Assembly: GCA_050575255.1 (NCBI GenBank)
Contig: JBNZDD010013683.1
Coordinates: 310,001 to 374,000 of the forward strand
Reading direction: 5' to 3'
Source: Harriotta raleighana
Lineage: Eukaryota
Length of the DNA: 64,000 nucleotides
Under the pieces are notes generated by a model that worked only from the letters and a program-made list of their open reading frames with translations, was not told the origin of the DNA and did not search any database. The stretch's first letter is position 1; each line of letters opens with the position of its first letter. Position numbers and translations under genes: made by a program. Shown here piece by piece: positions 47,301 to 61,300 of the stretch.

Positions 47301-50019
47301 TCACTTACAGTATATTTTGCAAAGTGCTTTGAGATGTCTAGAAGATGTGAAAAGTGCTATATAAAATGCAAGGATTATTATTATTATTACAGTCCACTGT
47401 TAACAAGTTTTCCATCTTGTCAACAGGGATTTATTATAGTTTGTGAGTTAACGGGTAGTGTTTCATGCCAAAGGTTGTGTAAATCATTAGGACTGAAACA
47501 TGCAGAATTGGTATCGTGGGAGAGGAATTATCACAGGGTCTTACTTTGCTCAAGCAGCCCTTCACTTGGTATGTACAGGTGCTTTGTGTAAACGAGAACT
47601 AATAACAATAATAATGATAATCCTTGCATTTTATATAATGTCCCTTCACGTCTTCGAGATGTCTCAAAGTGTTTCACAGAATGTATTGGAAAATGCATTG
47701 AATGTTTATTTTATGGGAAGAAAGCACTTTTGTTCATTTTATTGAATTGCATCAGTGAGTCAGTGGCCAACCAATTTTAAAGCATTACAATCAGTTTAGT
47801 CCCTGCATAACATCAGGGCCAAAATCAGACACAAAAGAATCATTCATTTTAGGTGAAGAAAATTGTTGAAAATGATTTGTTTTGAATCTTAAGTGTTTAT
47901 TTCTATGCCACTGATGTTGGAAATAAAATTTTCCTTATAATATTACTTATTTTAAAACCTGTGGTGTAACAAGTGAGCTAACTTATGGATAAATCTATTT
48001 CAAGGGCTTTCAATACCATATCTTTCAGCTCTTCGAAAATATATATGGAAATGATTTATATTGGTAGAAAATGCCTGTATTTGCCTTATCAGTGAGAGCA
48101 GAGAGTGTGCTAAAAATGTTGTGATGGAGTGAACTACTTTTCACTGACTGCTTTCAGAACACAATAACCATTTGAAGCTATGTTTACTGTGACGATTGTT
48201 AGTTTAGTAACTTTTAGCATTACTTTTAGGAATGTCTTCCGTAAGAGGTCTTTGCTTTGTGGGAAGTTGATCAGTGTAACAGTACATATTAAACTTTTCT
48301 TGAGAGACCGAGATGGTTAATAATCCTACGGGAGTAGAGCATTTAAGGGTTAATTATACTATGTAGAATCTTTTTTGGGGTCTGGGGGCTCAGCATAAAT
48401 TTTCTTTTGCAGTTTTCCCTTCTCTTTCTCTCTTTCTCCTCCACCACTTAACCTTGTCCTCATCCATGTGGACCCTATTTAGCAAGGATCTCTGTGTGAC
48501 AACCGAAAGACAGAAATACTGGCTGAATTTCCTCTCTATCAACCCAGCTCCTATTTCTGGTCGGTTACATCTATCAATTCAAGCCTACAAACTTCTTGTT
48601 TGAATGGCTTACCACTGCATCAGTTGTGCTGTTAGCTTGTAGGCCATCTGGTGAGGCCCATGGATCCTAAATCATGGTGGTCTGTTAGCATTTCTGAAAT
48701 TGATCACCCATCTGCTGCTGAATTCATTCAGAAACTAATGCTCTGTGTGCTCACTCTTATTCTTTAATATCTTTCCCCCACCCCCTCCATTGTCTGACCA
48801 TGATGACGCTTGTATGTCCGGCGTGGAGGGCGCTATCTAAATGTAAGTTGTTGTTATTATTGTCTTAGATTGTCCAATGCCTGGCTCCGCCCTACGATGT
48901 GAAAGGCCCTAAATGTCCCACAGGAAGCTCTCTGCATCTTGCTCAAATGATAATTCCTCGTGTTTAACTTGAGGCAGTGAGTGATGGTCCTATTTTAGGA
49001 AGAGGGTATGAGTTGACCCTGTGTTTGTCTTATACATCCGCACACGCAGGCTTTCCGCCACCGTAGAACAAATGTTTCTATTTCTATTTTCCCATTGTTT
49101 CTGAGTTTCAGGTCACTAAAATCAAATTTAGGTACTCCTGACCTGAAATATCATCCGTAAAACTGCTGTGTCTTAAAAAGATTTATAGCAGTGGATTTGT
49201 AAAATAATGATTCAATTTGGCCTTAATACAGAGGCTATTCCTTTTTCAGAACTGCCGAAAACTGGCTCTCAAATTAAGACGGACTGTAAGAGCCCCCACA
49301 AAAAAGGTTTAAGTAAATCAGGTTCACCAATCGAACTATAAGTTTATATCTTTCCTTTTAAATAAAGGGGGCAATTGATGCAATTGGCAAGTGTTATTGG
49401 ACCACCCCCCTGCCCAGGCTCCCATTTTAAGCTGGCGAGATCCTGACATCATCCATGTTTTTCTATGTACCTGTATTGCGTTAAGATAGTCATTAAACCT
49501 AAATAGCTGTCAGTTCTTTAAGCAGCTCCGCAGTTCTCAGCCTAGTTAGCCCAGAGGGGGGAGGGAAGAAAAGAAATAAAATCCTCTGCAGGTGTGCAGA
49601 TGGAACTTCTGCGGATGGCAAAACTGACCAAGGAGGCGTAACTGCTCACTGTGAGTTTAAAACCCAAGCAGTAATGGAGGACCAGATTAGAAGGGACACT
49701 AAAAGTTATTGACTGCTTGCTTCGGGGAAGATTACTGTGTCTTGCTCCACTCTTTTGAACATTTTACTCTGATGTGGATTTAACGATAATAATACTAACC
49801 CTTGCATTTGATATAGCGCTTTTCACATCTTGTCGACGTCTCAAAGCAAAGTCCATTCCCTGACACTCCAGCCGCAAGCTACATTTGGTGTCACAGTGAT
49901 GGGAGTATTGAAAGAGGTCCTCACTCAATCATTATAGGCCAGTCGTATGGCATGAAATGTTAGTACTGCAGTAGCAAAGTATTGAAAAATACATTACCTG
50001 TCCTTTAACCACTTTATAC

Positions 50020-50500
50020 AACAACTTGCATTAATATGGCGCCCTCCACATAGGGTAGCGTCTCAGAGCATTTAACAGTGGCGGAGCCTGACTCCAAGCA
50101 GGTGGTTGGTGGGGGGGAAGAAGACCGTAATCATGGTTGAAAAGGAAAGACTGTAGGCACGGTTGAAACCAAATATCATTTTGTTGTTGTTTTCAGGTGG
50201 CAATCGAAAAAGGGGAGAGAAGGAGCAAGGCGGACAGAGTGAGGGATAGTGTTTTGGGGTTAATAGCTGAAAGATGACCTCCAATGGTAGAGGGGAGGAT
50301 CGTGAGGGACAAACAGGAGGTCACTGCCAGTTGAACGGAGGTTAAGGCTTAGGTGGACCAGGCTTCTCCCTTGAGTATCTGATAAAGATAAAACCAATCG
50401 CTCAGTGAGCCTGTTCCTCCAGGTAACCTGGGACAACCCACTCACATTCAGCCAATTTTGTGCGTGGAGACTGTAGGCCATGCCCTAGGCTTGCAGCCAA
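50020..50500 (-). mobile_element. Diverged L2-like fragment
   Basis: acaacttgcatt...ggcgccctccac tail and aacagtggcggagcctgactc (also at 24498); purine-rich body. Limits approximate. Confidence 0.5.
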
Positions 50501-52167
50501 TTAAGCACGGAGAGTGGAAAAGCCATGGTTTGTGGAACTTTTAACAGTATTTGTGGGTCAATAATAGACAATACTTTGAAGAGCATTGGTGGGTCGATAG
50601 AAAAAGCTTAAAAGTCCTGTAATTCAAGTCAACAAAATAGCAATTTTAAGATAGACAGTTTAGTGATGAGCGCAAGAATACTAACACACAGCTCAGAATA
50701 TTGGTTCAGCAGTCTGCACCTTGTATTCATCAAAAATTTGCTTCCCAATTGCACTTGTGAACAACTCATGTCAGCAGGAATCCACAAATGGAGCAGATGT
50801 GGAAATCCCTGAAAACCTGTCAACTGAAAATCTGCATTTTATCAGATTTGTAAAAACTTAATAAATAGCAGCTCAAGAAGACAGAGAAAGTACATAGAGC
50901 TTGAACACAAGGCTTTCTGTGCATTCAGTAACATTTTTTCAAGATTCAATGGTTGCTGTCTATTCTTAGGTGATGAAGCAAATTCACTTTCCGTTCCATG
51001 TTGAAGAGGGGGAGAATAATTTTTAAGTTGATTTGTAGTAATGGCCTTTGAAGTGCAGATACTGGTATTAAATTGCTAATTTTCTTATGAGTGAATGAAA
51101 TCAAGGAATAATAATAATCCTTGTGTTTGATATAGTACCTTATCATAATATATATTTAAGCTCATTCACTTTTCCTTTTCTATCCTGATTTAAAAGGCGT
51201 TCTAGAAATGTAATTTGGTTGTTGTTTTTGTTGTTGCTTACCAGGGATTGAAATGTAACTTTTCTAGAATTTAATTGCTTATTAGCAGGAATGAGATTCA
51301 TGGGCCTTTCCTCATTCTTATTTTTGTTTATACTTATTATGTTTAGCTTGAATCCTACCGTTGTCTTACAGAGGCCACTGCAGCTCATAAGTGTCAAATC
51401 TCCCAACTGAAAAATCCTATAAACCACGAAGAAACAGATGTAAAAGATTGATTTTTATTCCTTTTTCAGAATCTGTTTTCTCTGCTCAGTAAATGTAAAG
51501 TGCAGTAAATTGGGGCTGTACTTTAGCAGATAACACTTCATGGTCTGGCTACTAATGCAATGCCTCCATCACCCGGAGTTCACAATTTTCAGAGCGCAGA
51601 AAATAGATTTGAAAGGAATAAAAATATAATGATTTCATATTCTTATCCTGGGGAATTTGAAAAGGAATACAATATTCTTTCACAACAATTTCACATTTTC
51701 ATTCTGCAGAGTCAAAGAGGCTCAGTGATCTGTTGTGGAAAAAAAACCTTCGAGGAAAGTAAAAGTGGAGCCTTCCTATAGCTGCAGAATCATCTGAAAT
51801 ATCGCCCTTTTAGAATTTGGGGAGAAATTATCCACCTGATTAAATTGTCCTTTACAAAAAGAAAACGCATTTTGATCTTTCTGAATCATTGGACCTTTTC
51901 TGTTTGAAGTTGCAGTTTTAGCAGTAAAAAGTCTGTTAATGAATTATGTGAGTTTAAAGATGGAGGTGGGGAGACAGTATTGACACTGCCATTAAGCAAG
52001 ACGATACACTCCGACAGCATTTTATCAGTGACTGAGGAGAGCAAGCAGTGAGAACTTGGTGAAAATATAACCAAAGACAAAGAAATATAATACTATTGAT
52101 AAAAGGCACAAAATTCGGTAAAAATCAAACAACTAAGAGAGGAAGGAAGGAACATTGATAAAGCTAT

Positions 52168-52503
52168 TGTAGGTTCTGCATCCACCGCCCAAACCGCCCA
52201 ACCATCGGTGACCAGGCTTTTAGCTTCTCTGCCCTGACACTCTGGAACTTCATCCCGCAGTCCATCCGCCTTGCTTCCTCCCTTTCCTCCTTCAAGGCCG
52301 GTCTCAAGACCTTCCTCTTCGACCGCGCCTTTGGCTCCCCACCTAACTCTTCCCCCTCTCCCACTCTCCTTCCCCCTCCCCCTCCCCTACCCCTGACCCT
52401 CCCCCCCTGCTCGGGTTTCGACCTGACTGTTCAGCGCTTTGGGACGTCCTCCCGACGTGAAAGGCGCTATACAAGTGTAATTTTGTTGTTGTTATTGTTG
52501 TTG
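52168..52503 (+). mobile_element. L2 LINE 3' fragment
   Basis: Closely matches 10950-11266; tail gggacgtcctcccgacgtgaaaggcgctata...(TTG)n. Confidence 0.85.
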
Positions 52504-54659
52504 CAGATTAGAAAGTGTAGAATTAACTATGGTGTCTGCAGTAATTCTCAGTGGAAAAAGTTTGAAAAGTGCAAAACCAAGTACAGCTTTCAGAGGTGTG
52601 GAAAGGGAAAGGAAGGAATAAAAACAGTGGCCCTTTTGCTCACTGAGTGGTCAGAAAGGGATAAAAAGGGTTTTAATACAATTTCAGAATGTTGATTAGA
52701 ATCAGTGGAGCTCCTAACCTCATTAGCAAGCTTTCCAGATCTGCGTTTGTATGCAGATCAGTACCCTTTAGTCTCTGAAACTTGCCATTTTGTTTCAAAG
52801 TCAGAGGGTTTTCTTTTGTAAAAGAACTTGAAGGATTCTGTATATTTAAGGATGCTCAATTTAATGTTGTTAAATTGAAGATTAAAGACAATTTTGCTGA
52901 CCTCGAGTCCTTTTAAGTTCAGGTTGATTCACTCGTTCGAATCCTCAAATCATTCCTAAATTCACAAATGGGCAAAAGATTCTCTGTATAAACGTGTGCT
53001 GATGGTGAGCTCCTGCCTTCAGTGTGAAAAGTGTCCGTTCTTTTCTTTTGGGAGTTCTTTTCTTTTGGGTTGGAGGAAAAAAAAGTGAATTGTATTTTAA
53101 AAAAATACTTGCCGACTACTTTCTGGAATTATGGAAAAGAAGTAGGAAGGATAGAGGTTCTCTTTGAAACATCAAAGACTTTTAAAGCCCATTAATCTAA
53201 AGAAATGCAATTGGTAGGATATAGTTGGAGCCAATTAGCTACTTTGAACCCGTGACTCTGGAACACTCTCCCTCAGTTTTTCTGCCTTGCCCCCTCCTTC
53301 CCCATCTTCAGGTCACACCAGCTGGTTCCCCTACCCTATGTGAGAGGTGCTATATAAATGCAAATTGTTGTTGTTTTCCAGCAATCAGAAGAGCCTCTTT
53401 TCATGATGAATTAGCTCCTTCCTGGATTAATGCACGTCATGTAATTAAGATGATGTTTGTGATCTGTCAGCCACAAACATTCAATATCAGTGTTTGAAAA
53501 CCAGCTGTTTACGGCTGCTGTGTGGCATCTGTTGCATTTTTATGCTATTTACTTGAATTTAATTTAATAGAATAATGTGCTAAAGATCTGTTTGTGGCAG
53601 ACTATTGCTGACCTTGGTTGGTTAATAGAAATGAACGCTAATGGGTATCCTGAATATGTGGCTTAAGGTAGAGTAGGTAATTACTGAATCAACCTCAATA
53701 GGCGTTCTGCAGCATAGAGAGCAATTAATTTTGTGTGGAAACATCAAGGTACTAAATTCATATTTGTTGTTTCATTAAAGATTACATTTGGTGCTTCTGC
53801 CTCTATTCCTTGATGTTTGCTGTAAATTGCAATGGAACTTTATTACCTTTAATAGAGTGTTTGATAAACCTTTATTTTCTGTTATTGGATGAGCGCAGAG
53901 ATGCATTAAAAACACATCTGTGCCACAAAATTCTCTTTGCAGTGAAAATGATGTGTTTTCCTTCTGCCTTTCCAATCAAGACGCAGAATCTCTCTTTGAG
54001 TAGAGACAACAAAGACGAGCCATGCCGTAAAATCTTGGAAGCCAACCTCAAGGAAATAACATGCGTTTAGTTTTCCATCTGATTCATTCATTTTGGTTCA
54101 TTTACTTCAAAGGCCCACTGCCAATGTGAATCTCCGCCGATCTGGTTTGTGTGATTAGTTGTATGAAATGTATCGCTAGCTTTCTGCGTTGCCGCTCAAT
54201 GCAGGTATTCACCTCATTGAGTTTGAGTTGTGAGATGTAGATGTTAGTGCTTATGCCCTATGGATGCCAATTTTGGATGTCAACAAGAAGTTATCACATG
54301 GAAAATTTACCATTCATTTTCGTTGCACAATTTACAACTACCTGAAACAATTAAATGACAATGGTGAGCATTGGTGTTCTTTTACAATAACCAAAGGCTG
54401 AAAAGAAAAACTTTGAATTCCTATGTTTCCTCTTTGCTTGTAAACTATAGATATCATTACTGTTGGTGGCATTAATTAATAAGCAGAACATCCCACCTGG
54501 AACAGAGAGATCAGGATGTTCTTCCACCTAATGATCAAACCTCAATCAGGTCATTTATCACCTATGGTGAAGTCACATTTTCATATTCACGTCCAATGAG
54601 TTCACTTGTGGTGGACCTGTAAAATGCTGAAGGAGAAAATGTCAGTGAAATTCAATAAC

Positions 54660-54823
54660 AACTTTTAAGAGAGAAGTAGATAATTATTTGGGGAGAACAA
54701 GTTTGCAGGGCTATGGGTAGAGAGCAGGTGTGTGAGATTGTTTCAGACAGCTTTTTTCAAAGAGGCGGCACAGACACGATGAACTAAATGACCTCCTTCT
54801 ATGCTGTATAATTCTATGATTCT
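54660..54823 (+). mobile_element. CR1-type 3' tail; a reverse-oriented relative lies at about 30286-30410
   Basis: agacacgatgaactaaatgacctccttctatgctgtataattctatga nearly reverse-complements tcatagaattatacagcacagaaggaggccattcagttcatcgtgtct. Confidence 0.7.
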
Positions 54824-57800
54824 GTGTGAAATGGCCTTGAAAACAATGTGGCAATTGATCTATGTCTTGTAGGATCTTGCAGCACTAACCTGGAGTAAAA
54901 CAATATTATTTCAACTTGTAAGAACGTCAGAATATGTAATTTTCCCAAAAGCCCTTCAACATGAAGCATGTAGTAGTCGCCTGTAATGCCTAGAATCAAA
55001 AGGAAACACAAATTCAAAGGCTTATATCAATGATGCACATTATCAGTTCAACTATGGCTACATTTTTAAATAGCTTTCTGACAAAATATTGTATTTTATC
55101 ATTCCTGAGCACAGTCTTCACGACAGCACATTAAACACATTTGACATTTTATTCTGCCTGCGGACATCCTTTGTTCCTAGTTTATTACTGTATTACCTTT
55201 TGCTTTGGCATATATTTAAAACTTGCTATTGAACTGGGTTGTACAGTGTTAAGAAAATTTAGTTGGACAGGCTTTGGTAAATGTTCTTATGAAGTACTGG
55301 TGTTAGCCGGGAATTTCAGAGATGGGATTGGGAAGGAATTCCTTTAGAGCTGGGTTCTTCAGTCAATTTTTCGATTGATTATGCTGTCTTTAATAAGCAG
55401 GCATGTAAAGTCTATTTTAGTCATGGTTCTTCAAGTATTAAGCACCTCCAAAATCCCCTGGTTTGTGGGGAATTTCCAAATTCTCCACTCTTATTGACTG
55501 AGTAGCAGCAAACGAGAGGGCATCTTCAATGATGATTATTTCACAGGCCAGACTATGTGAATGAGCAGAATGACCACGGTTTAAAAAGTCCACCGATTCA
55601 CCTGTACTTGTGGGTTATTGGACAGTGCTGATATCAAATGCTCTGAGATCCTATCCAGTGTGAAAGGCCCTGTATAAATGCAAGTTGAAGGATTGTTCAA
55701 ATAGGATGTTTAACATCCACTTTAACAGTTGGGTGGGAACTCGGTTTAACATCTCATTTGAAGGACAAAGAGTCAGCAAACTTGCTCTCTAGATTGAATA
55801 AAGTGCACTGTATTATTCTGGAATAGATAGATAATGCAAATACCTTATTATACCCTGCTTTGATTTATGCTTAAAGCTGAAGGCAAATGCCAGTTTAACT
55901 GACACATTGTTGATGTGTGCAGAAATATCTTTTTTTTTAACACTTTTTCAATATTGGCAGAAATTGGTTTCCCGTATTTTGAGAAAGAATCCCAAAATAA
56001 CACCATTCACGCAGATTGACATCCCTGTTTGGGTGCTTCATGCCATGTCTTAAGGCTGAGTGTGAAACAGTGATGAAATAAGTCACTGTGCAGCACTGTG
56101 AGACGTTATCATGTGATATCATGTGATTGACATCAAACGTAAGAGGAACTTGCCAAAAAAAAATCGTCTACCGGGTAAAGGTCGTTTTAGAGCAATAGAA
56201 ACTTGAGAGTAAAATGCACCAAAACCCTTTCTTTATCATAGGCAGTAGTTAAGAATGTCTCTCGTCACATCATTTGAGTCAAAATAGGTCTAAATCAGTT
56301 CAAGGAAATCAACCTTTGTTAGAAAGGGAATTAAGGTAACTAGCCTCCTGCAGTATACTAGACCTTCAGTTTTTTCTACATTTCTACCGGATTTGGCAGA
56401 ACAGGCTCGAAGGGCTGAATGGCTTACTCCTGTTCCTATGTTCCTTTCTGCCAATGGAGGGCAGAAACTCGGTTTGTTTTGGCCGCTGTTGATAGTTTTG
56501 TTGTGCGTATATAAATATACTGTATATATATTTTAAAGTTAGTCTGAAGCCCAAATGATATATTTTGAACATACAGCCTCTCAACCTCTTGGTGATTAGG
56601 TTCTGACTCAAGAGTTCCTGCTCCTGAGTAAAGCTGATTAGGCCCATAACCCACCAATTTTAGTTATTAAATAATGTGTTGGAGGGAGTCTTCCTTGGCA
56701 ATAGGTGTAATGTTGAGCAGTTGAGAAGCAAAGTATTCCCAGCTTAATGTGGTAGAAAATCAGTGAAGTGATGCAAATGTGAAATAAAACCAGCAATGCT
56801 GGAAATTCACAGCATTTCAATCAGCATCCGAGAGAGAGAAAATCGCTTAAGATTTTGGGTGTGACCTTTCATCAGAGTCGTATTGTGATGGAAGGTTTTA
56901 TGATTTATTGTAACTACTTAGACACTTGTAATAGAATATTCACATCAAGATTTTTTTTTGCGTTCCTTTAATATTCCTGCAAAATAAATAATTGATTATC
57001 TGGTTATAAAATTGTGAGAGTTACAAGGATAATATTCTGAATAAGAAAGTTAACTGTAAATCTGCTCATTGAATGATGCTTACCATTTCATCAGTGGTAA
57101 ACTATAGACTTTGCTTGGTGAATGTCATATTTTACTTTGAGTTATGCACTTTTAGTCCTCCAAATACTTAAATCATCTAACTCTGAGCTTTTCTTCAACC
57201 CATATCTACTTCGCTTCTTGACTGATAAGCTTCTATGCTCCCCCTAACTCCCACCCTTGCGACATCTGCCTCTATAAGAATTCCTATCCCTTCTTTCTGC
57301 TCTCCCAGTGATTTCAGAAGAACAAATGCTACTGAAAGGCAGTGCTACTAACTGCAGTCTCTGCCCACGCACACAAGAGGCTAGTTTCATACAATATTGG
57401 GTGGGAAAGGGACGGGCATGCAAGAGAACCTGATTGCTCCTGTTCTTGCAAGCTGCTTCAGTTTTTGGGCATGATCTTGAGAGAGTGGTTGTCAAACCAA
57501 ATGAGTGACAATTTGCTTCATTTCAAGTGACAACAAAGTGACCGCCATCATCAGATTCAATGGACTTCATGTTTGAAACATGAAATCCATTGAATGATTT
57601 CTACCAGCCCTTCTCAATCTGTTTACTCTGACCCCCCATCTGTGTAGTTTACGGTCTTCGTAAACCAAATATACAGGGAGAAAGTAAAAGAGAAAATCCG
57701 GACCTAGGTTTGTGACTCGCTATTTCCTCTTCTTTGTGCATCTGCCCAGCAAGCGCAGAAAATGAGACTTGACAAGAACAGGGGTGAGATGACTGTGAGA

Positions 57801-57980
57801 AAGATTTAGTGCTAAAGTATTGACTAAAGCCTAATGCTTGACAGGTATGAGTGTCAAAACTCATCAGCAGCTCCATGGGGAGTGTCTCTTTTTGTTGTAT
57901 CGATTAGTTGGGGTTGCTTCAGTTGGGCAGTTGAATAACAACAGGCAGGCAATAATGCAATATGAGCAAAAGCCAATTGG

Positions 57981-58307
57981 TAATAATAATAAAAATAATC
58001 CTTGCATTTGATATAGCGCTTTTCACATCTTATCAACGTCCCAAAGCACTTCACAGAATATACTGTAAAGTGAATTGACTGTATATTTGTGGGCGGAACG
58101 CGGCAGCCAATTGCGCACAGCAGTGTCCCACAAACAGTCATGGATTGAAATGACCAATTTTATTATTGTGGGTTTTTTTGGAGGGATTATTATTAGGCAT
58201 GTGGAGTAAGGAAACTTGCCCAAGGTTTCACCCTGATCTGCCTGGATTTGAACACAGGTTTCATGCTTGCAAGGCGAGTGCTCTAACCACTAAGCCACAG
58301 GAGCTCC
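57981..58307 (-). mobile_element. tRNA-derived SINE, best-preserved copy
   Basis: Minus strand reads ggagctcctgtggcttagtggttagagcactcgcc...gttcaaatcc...caaatgcaagga(TTA)n. Confidence 0.85.
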
Positions 58308-61300
58308 ATAATGCATATTGAAAGAGATTTTAGATACTACAGGGCTGATTTGAGTGATTCTCTTTTTTTTTGTTTCTGTAACATTTCAAAAGGGGCCTTT
58401 CACCTTATTTGGCTGTGTAGGTAGACAAGTAAAGCATCATTTGCAGCATTAAACTATCCCAAGGTAAAGTGGCTTCTTAATCGCAATAACTACTGTAATA
58501 ACACGATTGGGACCTCAAAGCTCTGCCAATAGAACAGAGCAGTTTAGGAACACTTTCTTAATCCTTTCAGAGAAGACTTTCAGGTAACCTTTAGACATCT
58601 CATAATGAACATTAAGATCCAAAGTCAGGGAGTACTGCTGCTGATGATGTGACAGGTCAAATCATATATAGTACCTGTATTAGATTTTTTTATTTATTTC
58701 AAAGTTTAAGGGAGCAAAACATATTAAAGGTGCAACATTGGTGAAATAATAGCGGGGAGCAAATAACTGAACCTTCAATTCACCTGAAGTGTGCTCCACG
58801 TTACAAGCTGCGAGAACAAAACAAGCTCAATATGTAATGGATAGTGTGGAGGCCATTTACAAGGTTGAAATGAGCATTCAAATTGGGGGTATAAACTCTT
58901 ACAGTAAAGCAAGATTTCTTACAAACTGACCCTTGATCTCCAAACACATGAGATTTCATATTGCCACGAATGTACCTCTTGCTTTTTAGAATTTAGAATT
59001 AATTCAATTAATTGCTGTGTGAATAGATTTCAGCTGTTTTTTATCAGTAGGGTTGGAGCTTGGCACTTGCTAATTTAAGGCACCTGGATTTCACCAAGTG
59101 AGTCTTTGTTCCACTGATAGCCATAGCTATGGATTTAAATGCTGCAGTTAATTATATTCATTCTTAATAGGAAGAACGTGGTTTGGCAAGACAGGTGTCA
59201 GAAGCCAATGAGCTGAAAGTACTCTAATCAAAGGAAATACAGAACACTGCAGGAAGTATCACAGTGGTAAATTAAGTGCAAAGAAAGGCCTCAGAACTGA
59301 TGTCGTGTATTTTGACTACATCAAAGTCACGAGTTATGAATTGCAACAATTCCTGATTGCACCAGGTCTTCAAAGTTTGTCACATCATAGTCAGGGGTTT
59401 TTCTGGCAAGAATCTAAAATGACTTGTTGCACTTTGCCATTATGTGAACCTTGCTTGGATTTCTGATCCTTTCCACTGTCAATCTAAGGCAAGGTTTTTT
59501 TTTAAAAACAAGTGAATGGTGTGAAAGCAAATAGTTGGTAGATAATCAACAGTGAAAAGATGGGGTGTATTTTTTGGGTTTGCTGGAGGGGTGCTGGGTG
59601 GGAGGTCTAACACTGGCAAAAAAAAACATCACCCTGCTTAAGAGCATCCAAGCTAAACTGAGGATCCTGTGTGTCCTACCAAAACCGAGGTGTTTTGAGT
59701 AGTGAAAAAAAGCTTCTGATGTGGCTTCCAACCAGGAAATAATGAGGAGTTTTGCAGTTTGAACTCGCTCGCCTAATTTAGGTGAATTTTGTTGTTCTTG
59801 AGATGACTCAAAGGAAAGGACCCTGGTGACATTTATGTTTTCATGTGTGTGGAATCTGCCTCTGGGTGAAAGCTAATGTGGTGTGTAATGGAGAGGACTG
59901 TTGTGGAAGACATTTTTAGCTGGAGGAACGAAGAGTGGCTGATGGTGAGACACCTGTGAAGGAGAGAAAACACAAAAAAGGTTAATAATTCCAGTTCATA
60001 AATTTTCATTATTTTCTGAATTTCTTCAGCCAAGCAGATGTCTTTTGAATCAATGTTCATATTGGAATACATTTTTTTCCCCCCACTGTTGAAATTGTGG
60101 GCTGTGCCACAATAAAGTTTAGTTTTATTCATGTATAAAAAGCAAGCATCCTTTTAATGCCCACATAAAACCATGCACTTTACATTTTAAACTGCCCTTC
60201 GAAAATAATTTACTAGGACTGTTATATAAAATGCTGGAGTTTGTGGAAGATTTCTTATTTTTTTCTGACATGCTGCTCAGATGAACCAACACAATAGGAT
60301 AGACTTTTTAATGAGGCGAATGTAAATGTGACTGCTTGCCTCTGAGGAAGACAACCAAAGGGAAGAATGGAATTTATGCATTATGTTTCCGAAAAGGTTA
60401 TTACAATTATGAGGCATCTAATTTAATATAAAGTGATTTTTACCTGGACCAATATAATGTTAGGAAGACAATAAAATATTTAAACGTACACAACTTAAAG
60501 TAAATTCCCAAGTATATATTTTTGTGTAATTTTCCCCTCTTGCATGAGCTCAGCCTGGTTCTATTCATCAACGTTGCTCTGCCCTTGACTTTAAAGAGAC
60601 TGAGGTGCTAAGCCTTGGCCGCCCTGAATCTCTTCCTTTCCCCCTCCCACCCCCAAAGTGTAGCTAAACAATGTTATACTTGCACTGTATCCTGTGGTTG
60701 ATAATATGATATTTGGAAAAAAAGGAATTCCAACTGAAGCTGCAATTTGAATTGAATTTGTCAATTGCAGTACAGCATGTTAAAATGTTGGTTTGGTTTT
60801 TCCTATTGTTTTAATTCAAAAAAGTAAATGTGTGACCTCTTTAGAAAAGGTTACATCGATTAGAGTATCACCTACCTTTTTCAATATGTCTTACCTGGTT
60901 CCTCTAACACACTCAGTGTGCCTCAGGTCACTGCCGATTGTCATTATATCAAGTAGTTTACAATTCCTAAAATAACTGCTTTGTAGAAATGTAAATTTGA
61001 AGTTATTATGTAAAAATCGAGGTGCCGGATTGTATATGATGCTAAAAGTTGACTCCAGAGATTTTTAGTTAACCATTTCTGGCTGCAAATAGTTTTTAAA
61101 AAAAAAATAGAAATGGTTCTTATTTCAAGAGAATCATTAATCAAGGTTGTATTTTAATTATCTGCCTGCTTTGTTCAACAGTATAATATGTAGGTCAGTC
61201 AACCAGGTTTTTGATCCCTGTAAAATGAGATTCTTTGCCTTTGAGGTCTTGAGATGATAGTTTTACTGTACAGTGAAGTGCAACTTTATTATACAAGCCA

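Noticed and set aside
59290-59330. TDVVYFDYIK, resembling a CR1 reverse-transcriptase motif
   Set aside because: Too short, with no flanking RT similarity visible.
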